Shown here: positions 8,281 through 19,103 of the stretch, piece after piece
Numbering within the stretch: the stretch's first letter is position 1
How the letters are laid out: every line of letters starts with the position of its first letter
NCBI GenBank assembly: GCA_965203515.1
Contig: OZ241907.1
Location: 128,001 to 192,000, forward strand
Direction: 5' to 3'
Source of the DNA: Spirochaetia bacterium
Lineage (GTDB): Bacteria > Spirochaetota > Spirochaetia > SZUA-6 > Bin103
DNA: 64,000 nt
Notes under the pieces: model-generated
Database searches by the model: none
Seen by the model: only the letters and a program-made list of their open reading frames with translations
What the model was told of the DNA's origin: nothing
Translations under genes and position numbers: made by a program

Positions 8281-8932
8281 TCCTGGCCACGTAGTCGCGG
8301 GTCTCCTCCGGTACGTGCGCCGCGACGCGGGCCCACTCGGCGCACGCCCTCTCGCAACGGTCCTGCGCTCGCAGCACGCGGCTGCGCCCGCCGTTGTAGC
8401 TGGCGAAGGTGAACGCCAGACGCTGCCGGCGCTCCGGGATGTCGTCCCAGAGATCGTACAGACGCCGGTCGTAGAAGACCGCGGCGGCGATATTCTGGCG
8501 GGGTTCTTCGATGTCGGCGATCGGCAGCGAAGACTGGGCGGCGATCTCCGCGAAGGTCGCCGGCATGATCTGCATGATCCCCCGGGCGCCGACCGGGCTG
8601 GTCGCGCGCTCGCGCAGCGCGGACTCGGTGATGCCCTGCGCCTTGAACCACCGCCAGTCGAAGGCGACGCTGAAGAATCGCTTCGAGTACTTCCGGAAGT
8701 GGTCGTCGAACCGCGCCGTCCACTGGTCATCGTCGACCGGCAGGCCGCCGGAGTCGGCCGCCGGTCGTTCGCTCTGCGCCGGCGCGGCGGCGGATCGCGG
8801 TCCGGCCGCTTCCGGGGGCGTTCCGGCCGGCGCGCAGCCCAGGGTGACCGCGGCAAGGGCGGCCATGGCGAGCGCGGCGACGGCGAGCGCGGCGCTGCCC
8901 GGCAGCGATCGCGCCGCGTGGATGCCGGCCAC
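8252..8932 (-). CDS. Lytic transglycosylase SLT-domain lipoprotein (MltF catalytic-domain-like)
   Basis: ITES, GARGIMQIMP, ASYNGG and ETRDYV motifs; N-terminal hydrophobic stretch with TLGC lipobox. Confidence 0.88.
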   Translation of the reverse strand: MAGIHAARSLPGSAALAVAALAMAALAAVTLGCAPAGTPPEAAGPRSAAAPAQSERPAADSGGLPVDDDQWTARFDDHFRKYSKRFFSVAFDWRWFKAQGITESALRERATSPVGARGIMQIMPATFAEIAAQSSLPIADIEEPRQNIAAAVFYDRRLYDLWDDIPERRQRLAFTFASYNGGRSRVLRAQDRCERACAEWARVAAHVPEETRDYVARIMRLMAVDL

Positions 8933-8938
8933 GGCCGC

Positions 8939-9178
8939 TCAGTTCAGACCCAGGCCGATCACCAGCCCGACCGCGACGCCGATGCCCACGAACATGCCGG
9001 CCACCATCACGCCGACCGCGGTGTTGCCCTTGAACAGTTGGTCATTGGTGTCGAATCGGGTCACGTGGTCGATCACCTTGAAGCCGAAGTACATGAACGC
9101 GATCGCGCCGCTGCCGCCGATCACCGCGTACAGCAGATTCAGCAAGACGACCTGGAAATCGAAGAGATCGAAGTTCAT
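8939..9178 (-). CDS. DUF350-family small membrane protein
   Basis: 79 aa, two hydrophobic helices, LFKGNTAVGVMV motif, GGAGG SD upstream. Confidence 0.7.
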   Translation of the reverse strand: MNFDLFDFQVVLLNLLYAVIGGSGAIAFMYFGFKVIDHVTRFDTNDQLFKGNTAVGVMVAGMFVGIGVAVGLVIGLGLN

Positions 9179-9266
9179 GTCCGCCTCCGTGTGGTGGTAC
9201 GGCGTACGGGGTTGTGGCGCCGGGGGCCGGATGGCAGGATAATGAATCCGCGAGGGAGGTGCACGG

Positions 9267-10232
9267 ATGACGCCGTCACGCCGCTTGATCGATCCCTTCG
9301 GGCCGGATGCCGTCGGCGTCTGGCTCAAGGGCAACCTGCATGCCCACACCACGGAGTCGGACGGGGCGTTGGAACCGGCGCACCGCGCCGCTCAGTACCG
9401 GGAGCGCGGCTACGACTTCCTGTGCCTTTCCGACCATCATCGCCTGACGCGCGTCGACCGCGTGCCGGCCCCGGCAGGGATGACGTTGATCCAGGGAGCG
9501 GAGCTGCATCCGGACAATCCGTTCGGGGGACGGCAGTATCACCTGCTCGCCTACAACATGACCGGCGATCTGGACGCCGAGCGGATGCCGCCGCAGCACG
9601 TCATCGACGCGGTGCGCGCGCAGGGCGGCTCGGTGTGGCTGGCGCATCCGCACTGGATCGGCATCAACGTCCGGCGAGACGTCCTGCCGCTGACCGGGCT
9701 GGCGGGGGTCGAGGTGTTCAACACGATCTGTCAGCGCATGGGCCGGGGCGAGTCGGCGGTGATCTGGGACGACTGGCTCGACCACGCCGACCGCCTGCTG
9801 CCGGCGATCGCCAACGACGACTGTCACAGCCGTCCGCAGGACGGCGATGATCTGTTCCAGGGTTGGACGATGGTGCGCTCGGCCGATCGGACGCCGCAGG
9901 CGATCATCGCGGCGCTGGAGCAGGGCGCGTCCTACTGCACGATGGGCCCGGAGATCCGCTCGTTGCGGGTCACGCGGCCGGCGAGCACCGGGCTGCCCTC
10001 GCGGCCGTTGCGCCTGGAGGTGAGCTGCTCGGCGGCGGCGCGGGTGACGGCGGTCTGCAGCAGCGGCGGCGCCGACTGGCCCGCCGGTCCGGTCGATCCG
10101 GCGCGGCCCTTCGAGCACGCCGTGCTGCCGCTGCCGCAAGCCGACTGGGTGCGCGTCGAGGTAGCCGACCTGCAGGGCCGCAAGGCATGGAGCAATCCCG
10201 TCGACCTGACCGGCTTCGCTGCGGCCGGCTGA
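9267..10232 (+). CDS. PHP-domain metallohydrolase (CehA/McbA-like)
   Basis: WLKGNLHAHTTESDG, SDH, LAHP, VEVFN and NDDCH motifs; GGAGG SD. Confidence 0.85.
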   Translation: MTPSRRLIDPFGPDAVGVWLKGNLHAHTTESDGALEPAHRAAQYRERGYDFLCLSDHHRLTRVDRVPAPAGMTLIQGAELHPDNPFGGRQYHLLAYNMTGDLDAERMPPQHVIDAVRAQGGSVWLAHPHWIGINVRRDVLPLTGLAGVEVFNTICQRMGRGESAVIWDDWLDHADRLLPAIANDDCHSRPQDGDDLFQGWTMVRSADRTPQAIIAALEQGASYCTMGPEIRSLRVTRPASTGLPSRPLRLEVSCSAAARVTAVCSSGGADWPAGPVDPARPFEHAVLPLPQADWVRVEVADLQGRKAWSNPVDLTGFAAAG

Positions 10233-10236
10233 ACGG

Positions 10237-10701
10237 CTACGGGCCGAAGTTGGCCAGGCGGTACTCCGCGATCGCGTCCCGTACGCTCCGCTCGACGCTC
10301 CGCAGCATGAAGTCGCGTCCGCCGATCCCGTAGCGCCCGAAGTTCCAGTCGTACGTCAAGTCCGGCTCACCGGCAGCTCGAGGCGGGCTGAAGTGTATTT
10401 CCTGACTGAAGATGCGGTGAATCCCGCCCTGCACGAAGCAGGAGATGGCGATCTGCAGATGCGTCTCCCGGAGCGCGTGCTCCGATCGGGTCAGCTCGTT
10501 GCGGGCCAGCGCCGCATCGACGATCCGTTCGACGTCATCCCGCCCGATGGGGCAGTCCAGCTCCACGAATACGCGGTATCCGAGCTCTGCCGGATCGTCC
10601 TTCCTGATCGCCTCGCGCAGCCATGCCGGCGAGTCGGCCGGCGCGCCCGCCGCAGCCAGGGCCAGGAGCGTCAGGGCGGCCGGCGTCTTGCCGATCGTCA
10701 A
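10237..10701 (-). CDS. Hypothetical exported protein
   Basis: 3' part of the long minus ORF. TTG start overlaps the upstream stop; signal-peptide-like N-terminus and protein-like composition. Confidence 0.6.
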   Translation of the reverse strand: MTIGKTPAALTLLALAAAGAPADSPAWLREAIRKDDPAELGYRVFVELDCPIGRDDVERIVDAALARNELTRSEHALRETHLQIAISCFVQGGIHRIFSQEIHFSPPRAAGEPDLTYDWNFGRYGIGGRDFMLRSVERSVRDAIAEYRLANFGP

Positions 10702-11810
10702 CGAGGTGCAGCCTCCGCGCCCCCGGCGGCCTCCCCGGCGTCGATGCCGAGGCTGCCGGCGGCGGCGGCGAAGCGGTCCCAGACGTCGCGCGCGATCGGG
10801 ATGCCGTGCCGCTGCCGGCGGGAGCGGGTGCGCGCCTCCGCCAGACCCGGATAGAGCACCCGATCGTTGCCGGCGGCCGGTTCGCTCGTGCGGAGCGCCG
10901 CCAGCAGCGCGTCGTTGCCGTCCAGCACGCCCTGCAGCGGCCGGAACAGGTCGGCGCGCAGCAGCAGCAGGGTCGCCCCCTGATGGCGCATGAGCGGTAC
11001 GCCTTCGCCCGGCACGGCGTGCGCGTCGGCGCCGGTGAACAGCCGGCCGAGCAGCTCCACCGCCAGCATGAGCGCGTACCCCTTGTGGCCGCCGGTCTCG
11101 CCGCCGAACGGCAGGTATGCGCCGCCGGTGAAGAAGTCGTTCGGATCGGTGCTGGGACGCCCGGCAGCGTCGACGATGCTGGCCGGCGGCAGCCGCTCGC
11201 CGCGCGCCTGCGCGTTGGCCACCTTGATCCCCGACAGCGCCGTGGTGGCAAAGTCGATGATCACCGGCGCCTCGCTCCCGGCGGGGAAGCCCATGCAGAA
11301 CGGATTGGTGTCCAACAGCCGTTCGCGGCCCCCGAACGGGGCGGCGCGGGCCCCGGTGACCGCAAAGCCGCCGGCGCAGATGATCGAGATCAGCCCCGCC
11401 GCGGCTGCCAGCTCCGCGTAGTGGCCCAGGCGGCCGATGTGATTGGCCCGCACCAGTCCGCCGACCGCGGCCCCGGCGTCGCGCGCCAGCGGGATCGCCG
11501 CGCGCGTCAGGTACTCGGCGGCGACCTGGCCGAAGGTCAGCTCGCCGGACACCAGCAGGCGGCCCGCCGCCCGCTCCACCACGCGCGGCTCGGCGGCCGG
11601 CGCCAACTCGCCCCGTTCGATCTCCTGCAGATAGCGGGGGACGTGGTAGATGCCGTGCGTCTGCACGCCGGCGAGCTCGGCGCCTACCAGGTGCGCGGCG
11701 AGGGTGCCGGCGGCCCGCTCGCCGGCGCCGGCCGCCGCCGCCGTGCGCGCGATCAGCCCGTGCAGCGCGTCGGCCCGCACGACGATCGTCTCCATCCGCT
11801 TGGCAGCCAT
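10698..11810 (-). CDS. Ldh_2 family oxidoreductase (malate/L-lactate/sulfolactate dehydrogenase type 2)
   Basis: THG, NHIGRLG, TNPFC, IDFATT and GGHKGYAL motifs. Confidence 0.9.
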   Translation of the reverse strand: MAAKRMETIVVRADALHGLIARTAAAAGAGERAAGTLAAHLVGAELAGVQTHGIYHVPRYLQEIERGELAPAAEPRVVERAAGRLLVSGELTFGQVAAEYLTRAAIPLARDAGAAVGGLVRANHIGRLGHYAELAAAAGLISIICAGGFAVTGARAAPFGGRERLLDTNPFCMGFPAGSEAPVIIDFATTALSGIKVANAQARGERLPPASIVDAAGRPSTDPNDFFTGGAYLPFGGETGGHKGYALMLAVELLGRLFTGADAHAVPGEGVPLMRHQGATLLLLRADLFRPLQGVLDGNDALLAALRTSEPAAGNDRVLYPGLAEARTRSRRQRHGIPIARDVWDRFAAAAGSLGIDAGEAAGGAEAAPR

Positions 11811-11853
11811 CCCGCCGCATCCTACTACAAGGGAGCCGGACCGCGGGGCGGCG

Positions 11854-12813
11854 ATGCGGTATCCTGCCAAGTACGTGCGGCCCGTGGAGACCGCCTGTGC
11901 GGCGCATCACGTCATCACGAACCGGCGGCTGCGGCCGGACGGCCGGATCGATGCCTGGCACCCGAAGCCGGATCCGGCCGGCGCGATCCGGCACGCGGCC
12001 GTGCCGGTGGCCGCGTTGGACCGCCGCGACCACCGGCCGGAGCCGGTCGACGTCGATCGCCTGTGCGGCGCCGTACGCGCGGACCTGCGGCGGCAGGACG
12101 ACCGGCGTCGCAACGTGCTGTTCTTCATCCACGGCCACCTCCTGCTGCTGCCGGGACTGCGGCTGAGGCTGCTGCGCGCGCTCCACGACCGGTACGCCGG
12201 CGGGCCGCACGGACCGGTCGGGGTGATCGTCTTCTTCTCCTGGCCGGACCGCGGCTGGCCGTGCTCGGAGGCCGACGAAGCCTACCGTGCCGGCCGCGCC
12301 TTCTTCGCGCGCGGGTCGGGCCTGCTGGCGGCGCTGCGCGACGCCGCCGCCGGTCGTCTGCACCTGCTGGCGCAGTCGTTCGGCCATCACCTGCTGGCCG
12401 GCATGGTCGCTCAGGCGGTCGCGGCGCGGCACGACGCGCCGCCGTTTCGGAGCTGCCTGCTGGCCGGTGCCGACGTCCCGCAGGCGGCGATCGGCGTCGG
12501 CGGCGTCACGGTGAGCGGCCGGGGCGGCGTGCGCCGCAGCTACCGGTTCGACGAGCTGCGCCGGCTCGGCGAACGGACGGTGGTCTACTACGACCCGCGC
12601 GACCCGATCCTGCCGGGTTCGCGGCGGCTGAGGATGGTCCGCCATCGCCGCCTGGGCCGCGCCGGCTGCGCCGGCCTGCAGGTTCCCCGCCACGTCACCT
12701 GTCACGACGTCAGCGCCGCCGGCGACCTGCCGTCCGGGCTGCTGGCGCGCCATCGGGCGTTCGTCACCTCGGCGGCGGTCGCGGCGATGATCGCCGCTCA
12801 GATTCGCTCCTGA
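11854..12813 (+). CDS. Alpha/beta hydrolase (DUF900-like)
   Basis: ITNR, VLFFIHG, FSWP, LHLLAQSFG nucleophile elbow, D.IL..S and RLG..G. Confidence 0.65.
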   Translation: MRYPAKYVRPVETACAAHHVITNRRLRPDGRIDAWHPKPDPAGAIRHAAVPVAALDRRDHRPEPVDVDRLCGAVRADLRRQDDRRRNVLFFIHGHLLLLPGLRLRLLRALHDRYAGGPHGPVGVIVFFSWPDRGWPCSEADEAYRAGRAFFARGSGLLAALRDAAAGRLHLLAQSFGHHLLAGMVAQAVAARHDAPPFRSCLLAGADVPQAAIGVGGVTVSGRGGVRRSYRFDELRRLGERTVVYYDPRDPILPGSRRLRMVRHRRLGRAGCAGLQVPRHVTCHDVSAAGDLPSGLLARHRAFVTSAAVAAMIAAQIRS

Positions 12814-12838
12814 TCGCCGGCGGCGCCCCACGCCGGCG

Positions 12839-13183
12839 TCAGCGCGGATCGGGTCCGTCGTCGGCAGGCCCGTCGTCGGCAGGCAAGGTGACGATCACGT
12901 CGATATCGTCGGGCTGGCGGCCGATCTCGACCACGCGGTTGACCTTGACCTGGCCGCAGCCGAGGCACCGGTGCACGAGCTGCGGCCGGCGGCCGCAGCG
13001 GCGCAACCCGACCGGCCGCATCAGGCTTCCGCACCGGCTGCGGCGGTCGCCGGGCCGCACGTCGACGTGCAGCGAGTAGAGGCAGAACGGACAGTGGTTG
13101 CGATAGCTGCCGTCGGTCGACGGCTGCACGTCCGCGCCGCAACGCAAGCACTGGAACGGCGTGTTCTGCGCACTGCGGCTCAC
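12839..13183 (-). CDS. RNHCP domain zinc-binding protein
   Basis: CLRC, RNHCPFCLYSLHVD..PGDR...CG.LM.P and HRC..CG. Confidence 0.9.
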   Translation of the reverse strand: MSRSAQNTPFQCLRCGADVQPSTDGSYRNHCPFCLYSLHVDVRPGDRRSRCGSLMRPVGLRRCGRRPQLVHRCLGCGQVKVNRVVEIGRQPDDIDVIVTLPADDGPADDGPDPR

Positions 13184-13230
13184 GGCGCCCCCGATCGGCC
13201 GCCGGTCAGCATCCCTGCTGCCGGTACCGA

Positions 13231-13302
13231 AGCGCCTGAGCGGAATCGAACCGCCATCTCAAGCTTGGAAGGCTTGGGTATTGACCTTTATACGACAGGC
13301 GC
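13231..13302 (-). tRNA. tRNA-Gly(TCC)
   Basis: GCGCCTG/CAGGCGC acceptor stem, CAAGC-CTTCCAA-GCTTG anticodon arm, GGTTCGATTCC T arm. CCA not encoded. Confidence 0.95.
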
Positions 13303-13386
13303 GCGTCCTGCCTACGGTAGGGCCGGCCGGTACGCCTGTCAACATCGCGCTGTCAAACATCGCGCCCGGCATGCTATCGTGGCGTC

Positions 13387-13635
13387 GTGGGTCAACGAGG
13401 CGAACTGTTTTCCAGCCGAACGACGGTCGGCAATCGCACGTACTTCTTCAACGTGAAGGAGAACCGGGCCGGCGACGTCTATCTCAACGTGGTGGAGAGC
13501 AAGAAGCGCGGCGCCGACGCCGACTTCGAACGCCACTCGATCATCATCTTCGAAGAGGACATGGGCGGATTCCTTGCCAGCTTCGACAAGGCGATCCGCT
13601 TCATTCGCGCTCGCGAGCGGCACCGCCGCGGTTGA
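13387..13635 (+). CDS. PUR-family ssDNA/RNA-binding protein (DUF3276, BpuR-like)
   Basis: RTYFFNVKEN, YLNVVESK and RHSIIIFEED. TGcTATCGT lies 6 nt before the GTG. Confidence 0.85.
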   Translation: MGQRGELFSSRTTVGNRTYFFNVKENRAGDVYLNVVESKKRGADADFERHSIIIFEEDMGGFLASFDKAIRFIRARERHRRG

Positions 13636-13685
13636 TACCGGCAGGCGGCCGCCGCCGGCGCTTCCGTCACCGCGCCGCCGCGGCT

Positions 13686-14225
13686 TCACAGCTTGAAGCT
13701 GCGCCGGTGGATCGGCGACGGCCCGTGCAGCCGCAGCCGGCGCCGATGGCTGCGCGTGGCGTAACCGAAGTGCGACTCGAAGCCGTAGCGGCCGTCGATG
13801 CCGGCGTACCGGACCATCCAGCGGTCGCGGGCGGTCTTGGCCAGGATCGACGCCGCCATGATCGCCGGGATGCGCGCGTCGCCGTCGATCTCGGCGCGGC
13901 ACGGCCGGTCCACGGTCGGCGTGAACCGGCCGTCCACGAGCACCAGGTCGGGCGTGACTTCCAGACCGCGATAGGCGCGCAGCATCGCCAGCAACGTCGC
14001 GTGATGGATGTTGATGCGGTCGATCTCCTCCGGCCATGCCCAACCGACCGCCCAGGCGCGGGCGCGCTCGCGGATCAGCGGCGCCAGCTCTTCGCGGATC
14101 CGCGGGCGCAGCACCTTGGAGTCGTCCAGACGGCGGACGGGAAAGCGCGCGGGCAGGATCACCGCCGCGGCGGTGACCGGTCCCGCCAGCGGCCCTCGCC
14201 CGGCCTCGTCGATTCCGCAGACGAT
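13686..14225 (-). CDS. rnhB: Ribonuclease HII
   Basis: GIDEAGRGPLAGPV, DSK, LVDG, AASILAK..RD, GY.T and HRRSF. Start is non-canonical or uncertain. Confidence 0.93.
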   Translation of the reverse strand: MVCGIDEAGRGPLAGPVTAAAVILPARFPVRRLDDSKVLRPRIREELAPLIRERARAWAVGWAWPEEIDRINIHHATLLAMLRAYRGLEVTPDLVLVDGRFTPTVDRPCRAEIDGDARIPAIMAASILAKTARDRWMVRYAGIDGRYGFESHFGYATRSHRRRLRLHGPSPIHRRSFKL

Positions 14226-14256
14226 CGGTGCACTCCTCCGATGACGGCCGTTCCCT

Positions 14257-14285
14257 TTGACGGCGGCCGACGGCGATGGTAGCCT
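14257..14285 (+). promoter_or_regulatory. Sigma70-type promoter upstream of smc
   Basis: TTGACG-17 nt-TAGCCT with an extended TG. Confidence 0.5.
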
Positions 14286-14325
14286 TGCCCAGGCAAGCCC
14301 ACAACGCGGGCGCGGTGCGCACGTC

Positions 14326-17129
14326 ATGAGCGGGCAGGTACTCAAGAGGGTCGAGCTACTCGGCTTCAAATCCTTTGCCGACCGTACCGTACTGGAGTTC
14401 GGCCCGGACGTGTCGGCGCTCGTCGGCCCCAACGGCTGCGGAAAGAGCAACGTCGTGGACGCCATCCGCTGGGCGTTGGGCGAGCAGGCGCCCCGCTCGC
14501 TGCGCGCCGAGCGGATGGAGGACGTGATCTTCGACGGCGCCGGCAGCCGCCGGTCGATGAGCGTGTCCGAGGTGACGCTCATCTTCTCCAATGAGGACGA
14601 GCGGCTGCCGATCGCGTCCGCCGAGGTCGCCGTCAAGCGCCGCCTGTACCGCTCCGGTGAGAGCCAGTACTTCGTCAACGGCGCGCAGAGCCGGCTGCGC
14701 GACGTGCGCGAGCTGCTCGCCGGTACCGGCTTGGCCACCTCCGGCTACGCCGCGCTGGAGCAGGGCAGGATCGACCGCATCCTCTCCGAGAAGCCGGAGG
14801 AGCGGCGCGCGGTCTTCGAGGAGGCGGCCGGCATCCTGTCCTACCGGACCCGCGCCGCCGAAGCCGAACGGGAGCTGCGACAGGCGGCCGCCAACGTGGC
14901 GCAGGTAGAGAACGTCCGGCGCGAGGTGCAGCGCCGGTATGAGACGTTGCGCGCCCAGGCGCAGGCGGCCGATCGCTACCGCTCGCTGCGCGCGCAGGCG
15001 TTCGAGGTCGAACGCGACCTGGAGCTGCTGCGCCTGCGGTCGTTGCGGGAGCGCGGCCGGCGCATCCGCGATCGGTTGTCCCGCCAGACGGAGAAGCGGG
15101 ACGGCATCCAGAACGAGATCGATGCGGCCGCGGCCAGCACGCGGGAGCACCGCGACGCGATCGAGCGCCTGGAAGGCGAGCGCGCCGCATCTCAGGAGCG
15201 CCTGTACGAGCTGGCGACGGCGATGAGCGGCGCCGGCAGCGAGATACGGCTCGGCCGCGAGCGCGTGGACGAGCTGGAAGCCAGCATGCATTCGTACCAG
15301 AGCCGCGATCAGGCGTTCGCGGACCGGATCGGTGCGCTGGAGGCCGAGGTCGCGGCCGTTCGCGCCGGGTTGGCCGAAGCCGAGCGGGGCGCGGCCGACG
15401 CGGAGCGCACGGCGGCCGCCGCGCGGGGGGACGCGGCCGCGGTCGGGGCGCAGATCGCGGAGACGGAGCGGCGCATCGCCGACGCCGCCGCCCGGATGGC
15501 GGCCCACGAGCAGCGCCTGGACGGGCTGCGCGAGCAGCTCCGCAAGGTGACCGACGAGATCGTCACCGAGCTCGATCAGCGGCTCGGCCAGGGGATGCAA
15601 TCGACTCCGTCGGCAGCGCTGGGCAACGACGTGGCGGAATCGCTGGCGGGGCTTCGCCGTGACGTCGACCGGCTGGCGGTCACCGCGGCGGGGATGGAAC
15701 GGCAGGAGCTGGCGCGCCGGCTCGGCGGTCTGGTGGAGGCCGCCGACCGGCTGATGGAGCGGTTCGCCCGCTATCGAGAGACGACCGGATCATTGCTCGA
15801 TGAGCTGATCTCGTCGGAAGGGATCGTCACCCACAAGCGCGCGATCGACCGCGACATGGGTGAGACCTTCTGGGCGATCGCGGAGCTGCGCAAGCAGACC
15901 GAGGGGTTGCGGCGGACCAACCGCGACCGCGCCGACCGGCAGGGCGAGCTGCGCGACGCGGTCCAGGAGAGCCAGGTGGCGGCGGCCCGGGCGCAGGAGA
16001 AGGCGGCGGCGTTGCACAGGCAGCTTGCGGCCGCGCAACGGCAGCTCGACGAGCAGCGGCAGTCCCGCGGCACCCTGGCGGCCGAGGAGCACCAGACCGC
16101 GGAGGCGATCCGCGCGTTGGCTTCCAGCACCTCCGACCGCGAGCGGGAGAAGGCGTTTCTCGACCGGGAGCACGAACGGCTGCAGCAGGACCTGGGACGC
16201 CGGACGGCGCAGATCGCCGGGCGCCGGCGCGAGCTGGACCGGATCGAGCAGGCCGCGCAGCAGCGTTCCGGCCGCCTGCGGGAGGCGCAGGAGGCGCTGG
16301 AGCGGGTCCGCGTCGAGTTGGCCGAGGTGGAGGCGGAAGACAAGGCGATCCGTCACGCCTTCGAGCAGACCCACTCACAGGACCTGCAGGAGCACGCGGC
16401 GCGGCTGGAGCGGATCGAGTCCACGCCGCGCGAGTTGCGCGAACGCCTTGCCCGGCTGCGGAACGGATCCGCGGTCTGGGCCAAGTCAATCTGCTGGCGC
16501 CGGAGGAGTTCGAGGAGGTGGCCGAGCGGTACCGGTTCCTGAATGACCAGCTGCAGGACCTGAGTCAGGCGCGCGCCGACCTGGAACGGGTCACCGCCGA
16601 GATTCAGCGCGAGTCAGCCGAACGGTTCGGCGCCTCCTTCGAGGCGATCGCGGGCGCGTTCGGCGACCTGTTCCGCCGCCTCTTCGGCGGCGGCCGAGCC
16701 GAGCTGCGGCTGCGCGGCCGGGACCTGCTGGAGGCCGGCGTCGACATCCTGGCGCAGCCGCCCGGCCGCAAGCTGGAGAACGTCGGTCTGCTCTCCGGGG
16801 GCGAACGTTCGCTGACGGCGGTGGCGCTGATGTTCGCCATGTACTCGGTGAAGCCGTCGCCGTTCTGCGTGCTCGACGAGCTCGACGCGGCGCTGGATGA
16901 CGAGAACATCGGCCGCTTCGTGGCGCTCCTGGAAGAGTTCGCGCACGACTCGCAGTTCCTGATCGTGACCCACAACAAGCGCACCATCGCCGCCGCCGCG
17001 AATCTGTACGGCGTCACCATGGAGGAGCCCGGCGTCTCCCGGCTGGTCACCCTGCGCCTGCCGGAGCGCGAGCCGGATCGCTCGGAGCGCGGCCCGGAGC
17101 GCTCCGAGCGCGCGCCGGTGCCCGCTTAG
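14326..17129 (+). CDS. smc: Chromosome segregation protein SMC (short form, ~934 aa), apparent 1-bp frameshift at ~16460
   Basis: GFKSF, GPNGCGKSN and EQG in the first ORF; LSGGE, LDELDAALD and VTH in 16518..17129. Adding one G at ~16460 restores RERIRGLGQVNLLAPEEF. Confidence 0.88.
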
Positions 17130-17260
17130 GCTTAGGTCAGGGGTATGGACCGCGCGCGCCGCGTCGTCTGCACGGGTACCGGCCGGCCGGTCCGAATTGC
17201 CACCGGCAGCCGGCGGCCCTATCATCAAACGGGATGGAAGAGGACACGGCGCGATGATGA

Positions 17261-19087
17261 GTGATGCGGATGAGTGACAAGGACCCGAACGAACCGCGGT
17301 CGCCGGATTCGAGCGATCGGGGCGGACCGGGCCGCTCCCGCGAGCGGTTCTGGCAGGGCGTGAACGTGCCGGACCTGGTCAAGCAGCGTATCGACGTCAT
17401 CAAGGCGCAACAGAGCGCCGGCCGCAAGCTGCTCATGGCGCTGCGCAAGTTCTACGCGATCCTGCCGATCGCGGCCTTCGTCTACTTCTTCCTCACCAGT
17501 CCGACGTTTCAGAACGCCGTGCTGTGGCTTCTGGGATTCGTCGCGCAGATCCTGTTCGCGATCGCCTACGCGCTCATCCAATTCGTGGCGATCTTCTGGT
17601 TCATGGCCCGCTCCAAGGTGGAGAAGGTGCGGCCCACCGATCCCAAGTCGATCTCCTTCGATGACTACTGGGGTCAGCCCAACCTCAAGGCGCTGGTTCG
17701 CCAGTGGCTGGGGCTGCTGGCCGACCGGCACGAGTTCGTGCGCATGGGCGGCCGCTACATCAACGGCCTGCTCCTCTACGGGCCGCCCGGCACCGGCAAG
17801 ACCATGCTGGCCAAGGCGATGGCGGGCGAGGCCGGGGTCGCGTTCATCTCCATCGAAGGGTCCGGCTTTCGGGCGATGTTCTGGGGCGTCGACGTCCTGA
17901 AGATGATCTGGTTCGTGCGCAAGGCGCGCAAGTACGCCCGCCGCTTCGGCGCCTGCATCGCCTATATCGACGAGATCGACGCGGTGGGCCAGTCGCGCGG
18001 CGGCGTGCAGGGAGCCAACGGCGCGGCGGGCGGCATGGGCGGCATGTTGGGTGGCGGCACCGGCGCGCTGACCCGCCTGCTGTACGAGATGGACGGCGTC
18101 GATCAGCGCTCGCTCAAGGAGCGCATGGTCGCCAAGCTCTATCAGCTGCGCGGCAAGAAGCCGCCGGCGCGCAACTGGCACGTCCTGTACATGGGCTCCA
18201 CCAACCGTCCCGACGTGCTGGACCCGGCGCTGACGCGCCCCGGCCGCTTCGACCAGATGATCGAGGTGGCGCTCCCCGACCGCGCCGGCCGGCGCGCCAT
18301 CGTCGAGGGGTACCTGTCGACGATCCGGCACGACGACTCGGTCGACGTGGAGGCGATCGTCGCCAACACGCCCGGCGCTTCGCCGGCGCAGATGATGGCG
18401 GCGCTGACCAAGGACACGGTGCGCATCGCCCTGTTCGAGCACCGCAACGTGGTGACGCAGCGCGACATCGACCGCGCGCTGATCCACCAGATGGCCGGCA
18501 TGGAGAACCCGATCGAGGAGATGGACCCGGAGCAGCGCCGCTCGATCGCCGTGCACGAGGCGGGCCACGCCGTGGTCGTCCACTACGCCCTGCCGGAGAA
18601 GCGGATCGGCCACCTGACGATCCTGGCGCGCGGCCAGGCGCTCGGCTTCATGCTGCCGCTCGACGAGGTGGAGCAGTACTCCTACCCGTTGCGGCGGATC
18701 ACCGCCGACATCATGGTCGCGCTGGGCGGCCATGCCGCCGTGCGCATCGTCTACGGCGAGGAGTGGACCGGCGCCTACAGCGACTACCGCCAGGCGCGGG
18801 AACGCTTCCGGCACCTCTACACGCTCGGCTTCTTCGGCCCGCCGACCGGCTGGATATCCAACATGGCGGACGGGCTGGGAGCGCCGCCCGGCGCCCCGCC
18901 GCCGGAGGTGAACCGGCTCTGGCAGGAGCTGGAGGGCCGCACGGAGCGGCTGCTGCGCGACCACCGCGACGAGTTGATGGCGCTCACCGATGCCCTGCTG
19001 GAGCGCAATGAACTCAATACTCAGGAAGTCCTGGCGATCCTGGGACCGAACGGCCACAACGGCGCCGGTCCCGGCAGACTGCGGTGA
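17261..19087 (+). CDS. FtsH-like AAA ATPase / M41 zinc metalloprotease
   Basis: Two N-terminal TM helices, [37 protein letters not shown] and GAYSD. Confidence 0.88.
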   Translation: MMRMSDKDPNEPRSPDSSDRGGPGRSRERFWQGVNVPDLVKQRIDVIKAQQSAGRKLLMALRKFYAILPIAAFVYFFLTSPTFQNAVLWLLGFVAQILFAIAYALIQFVAIFWFMARSKVEKVRPTDPKSISFDDYWGQPNLKALVRQWLGLLADRHEFVRMGGRYINGLLLYGPPGTGKTMLAKAMAGEAGVAFISIEGSGFRAMFWGVDVLKMIWFVRKARKYARRFGACIAYIDEIDAVGQSRGGVQGANGAAGGMGGMLGGGTGALTRLLYEMDGVDQRSLKERMVAKLYQLRGKKPPARNWHVLYMGSTNRPDVLDPALTRPGRFDQMIEVALPDRAGRRAIVEGYLSTIRHDDSVDVEAIVANTPGASPAQMMAALTKDTVRIALFEHRNVVTQRDIDRALIHQMAGMENPIEEMDPEQRRSIAVHEAGHAVVVHYALPEKRIGHLTILARGQALGFMLPLDEVEQYSYPLRRITADIMVALGGHAAVRIVYGEEWTGAYSDYRQARERFRHLYTLGFFGPPTGWISNMADGLGAPPGAPPPEVNRLWQELEGRTERLLRDHRDELMALTDALLERNELNTQEVLAILGPNGHNGAGPGRLR

Positions 19088-19103
19088 CGTAGCGAGTCCG
19101 CCG

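Noticed and set aside
1..13302. Genomic island integrated at the tRNA-Gly 3' end
   Set aside because: The accessory region does lie on the tRNA's 3' side, but no integrase and no duplicated tRNA 3' end (att) were found within the window.
16455..16465. Programmed frameshift or true split of smc (also at ~357 in Rpn copy 1 and ~21960 in the second propeller gene)
   Set aside because: Each is a single missing base in a short G or C run with no slippery heptamer. Long-read homopolymer error is the simplest explanation, and raw reads are needed to decide.
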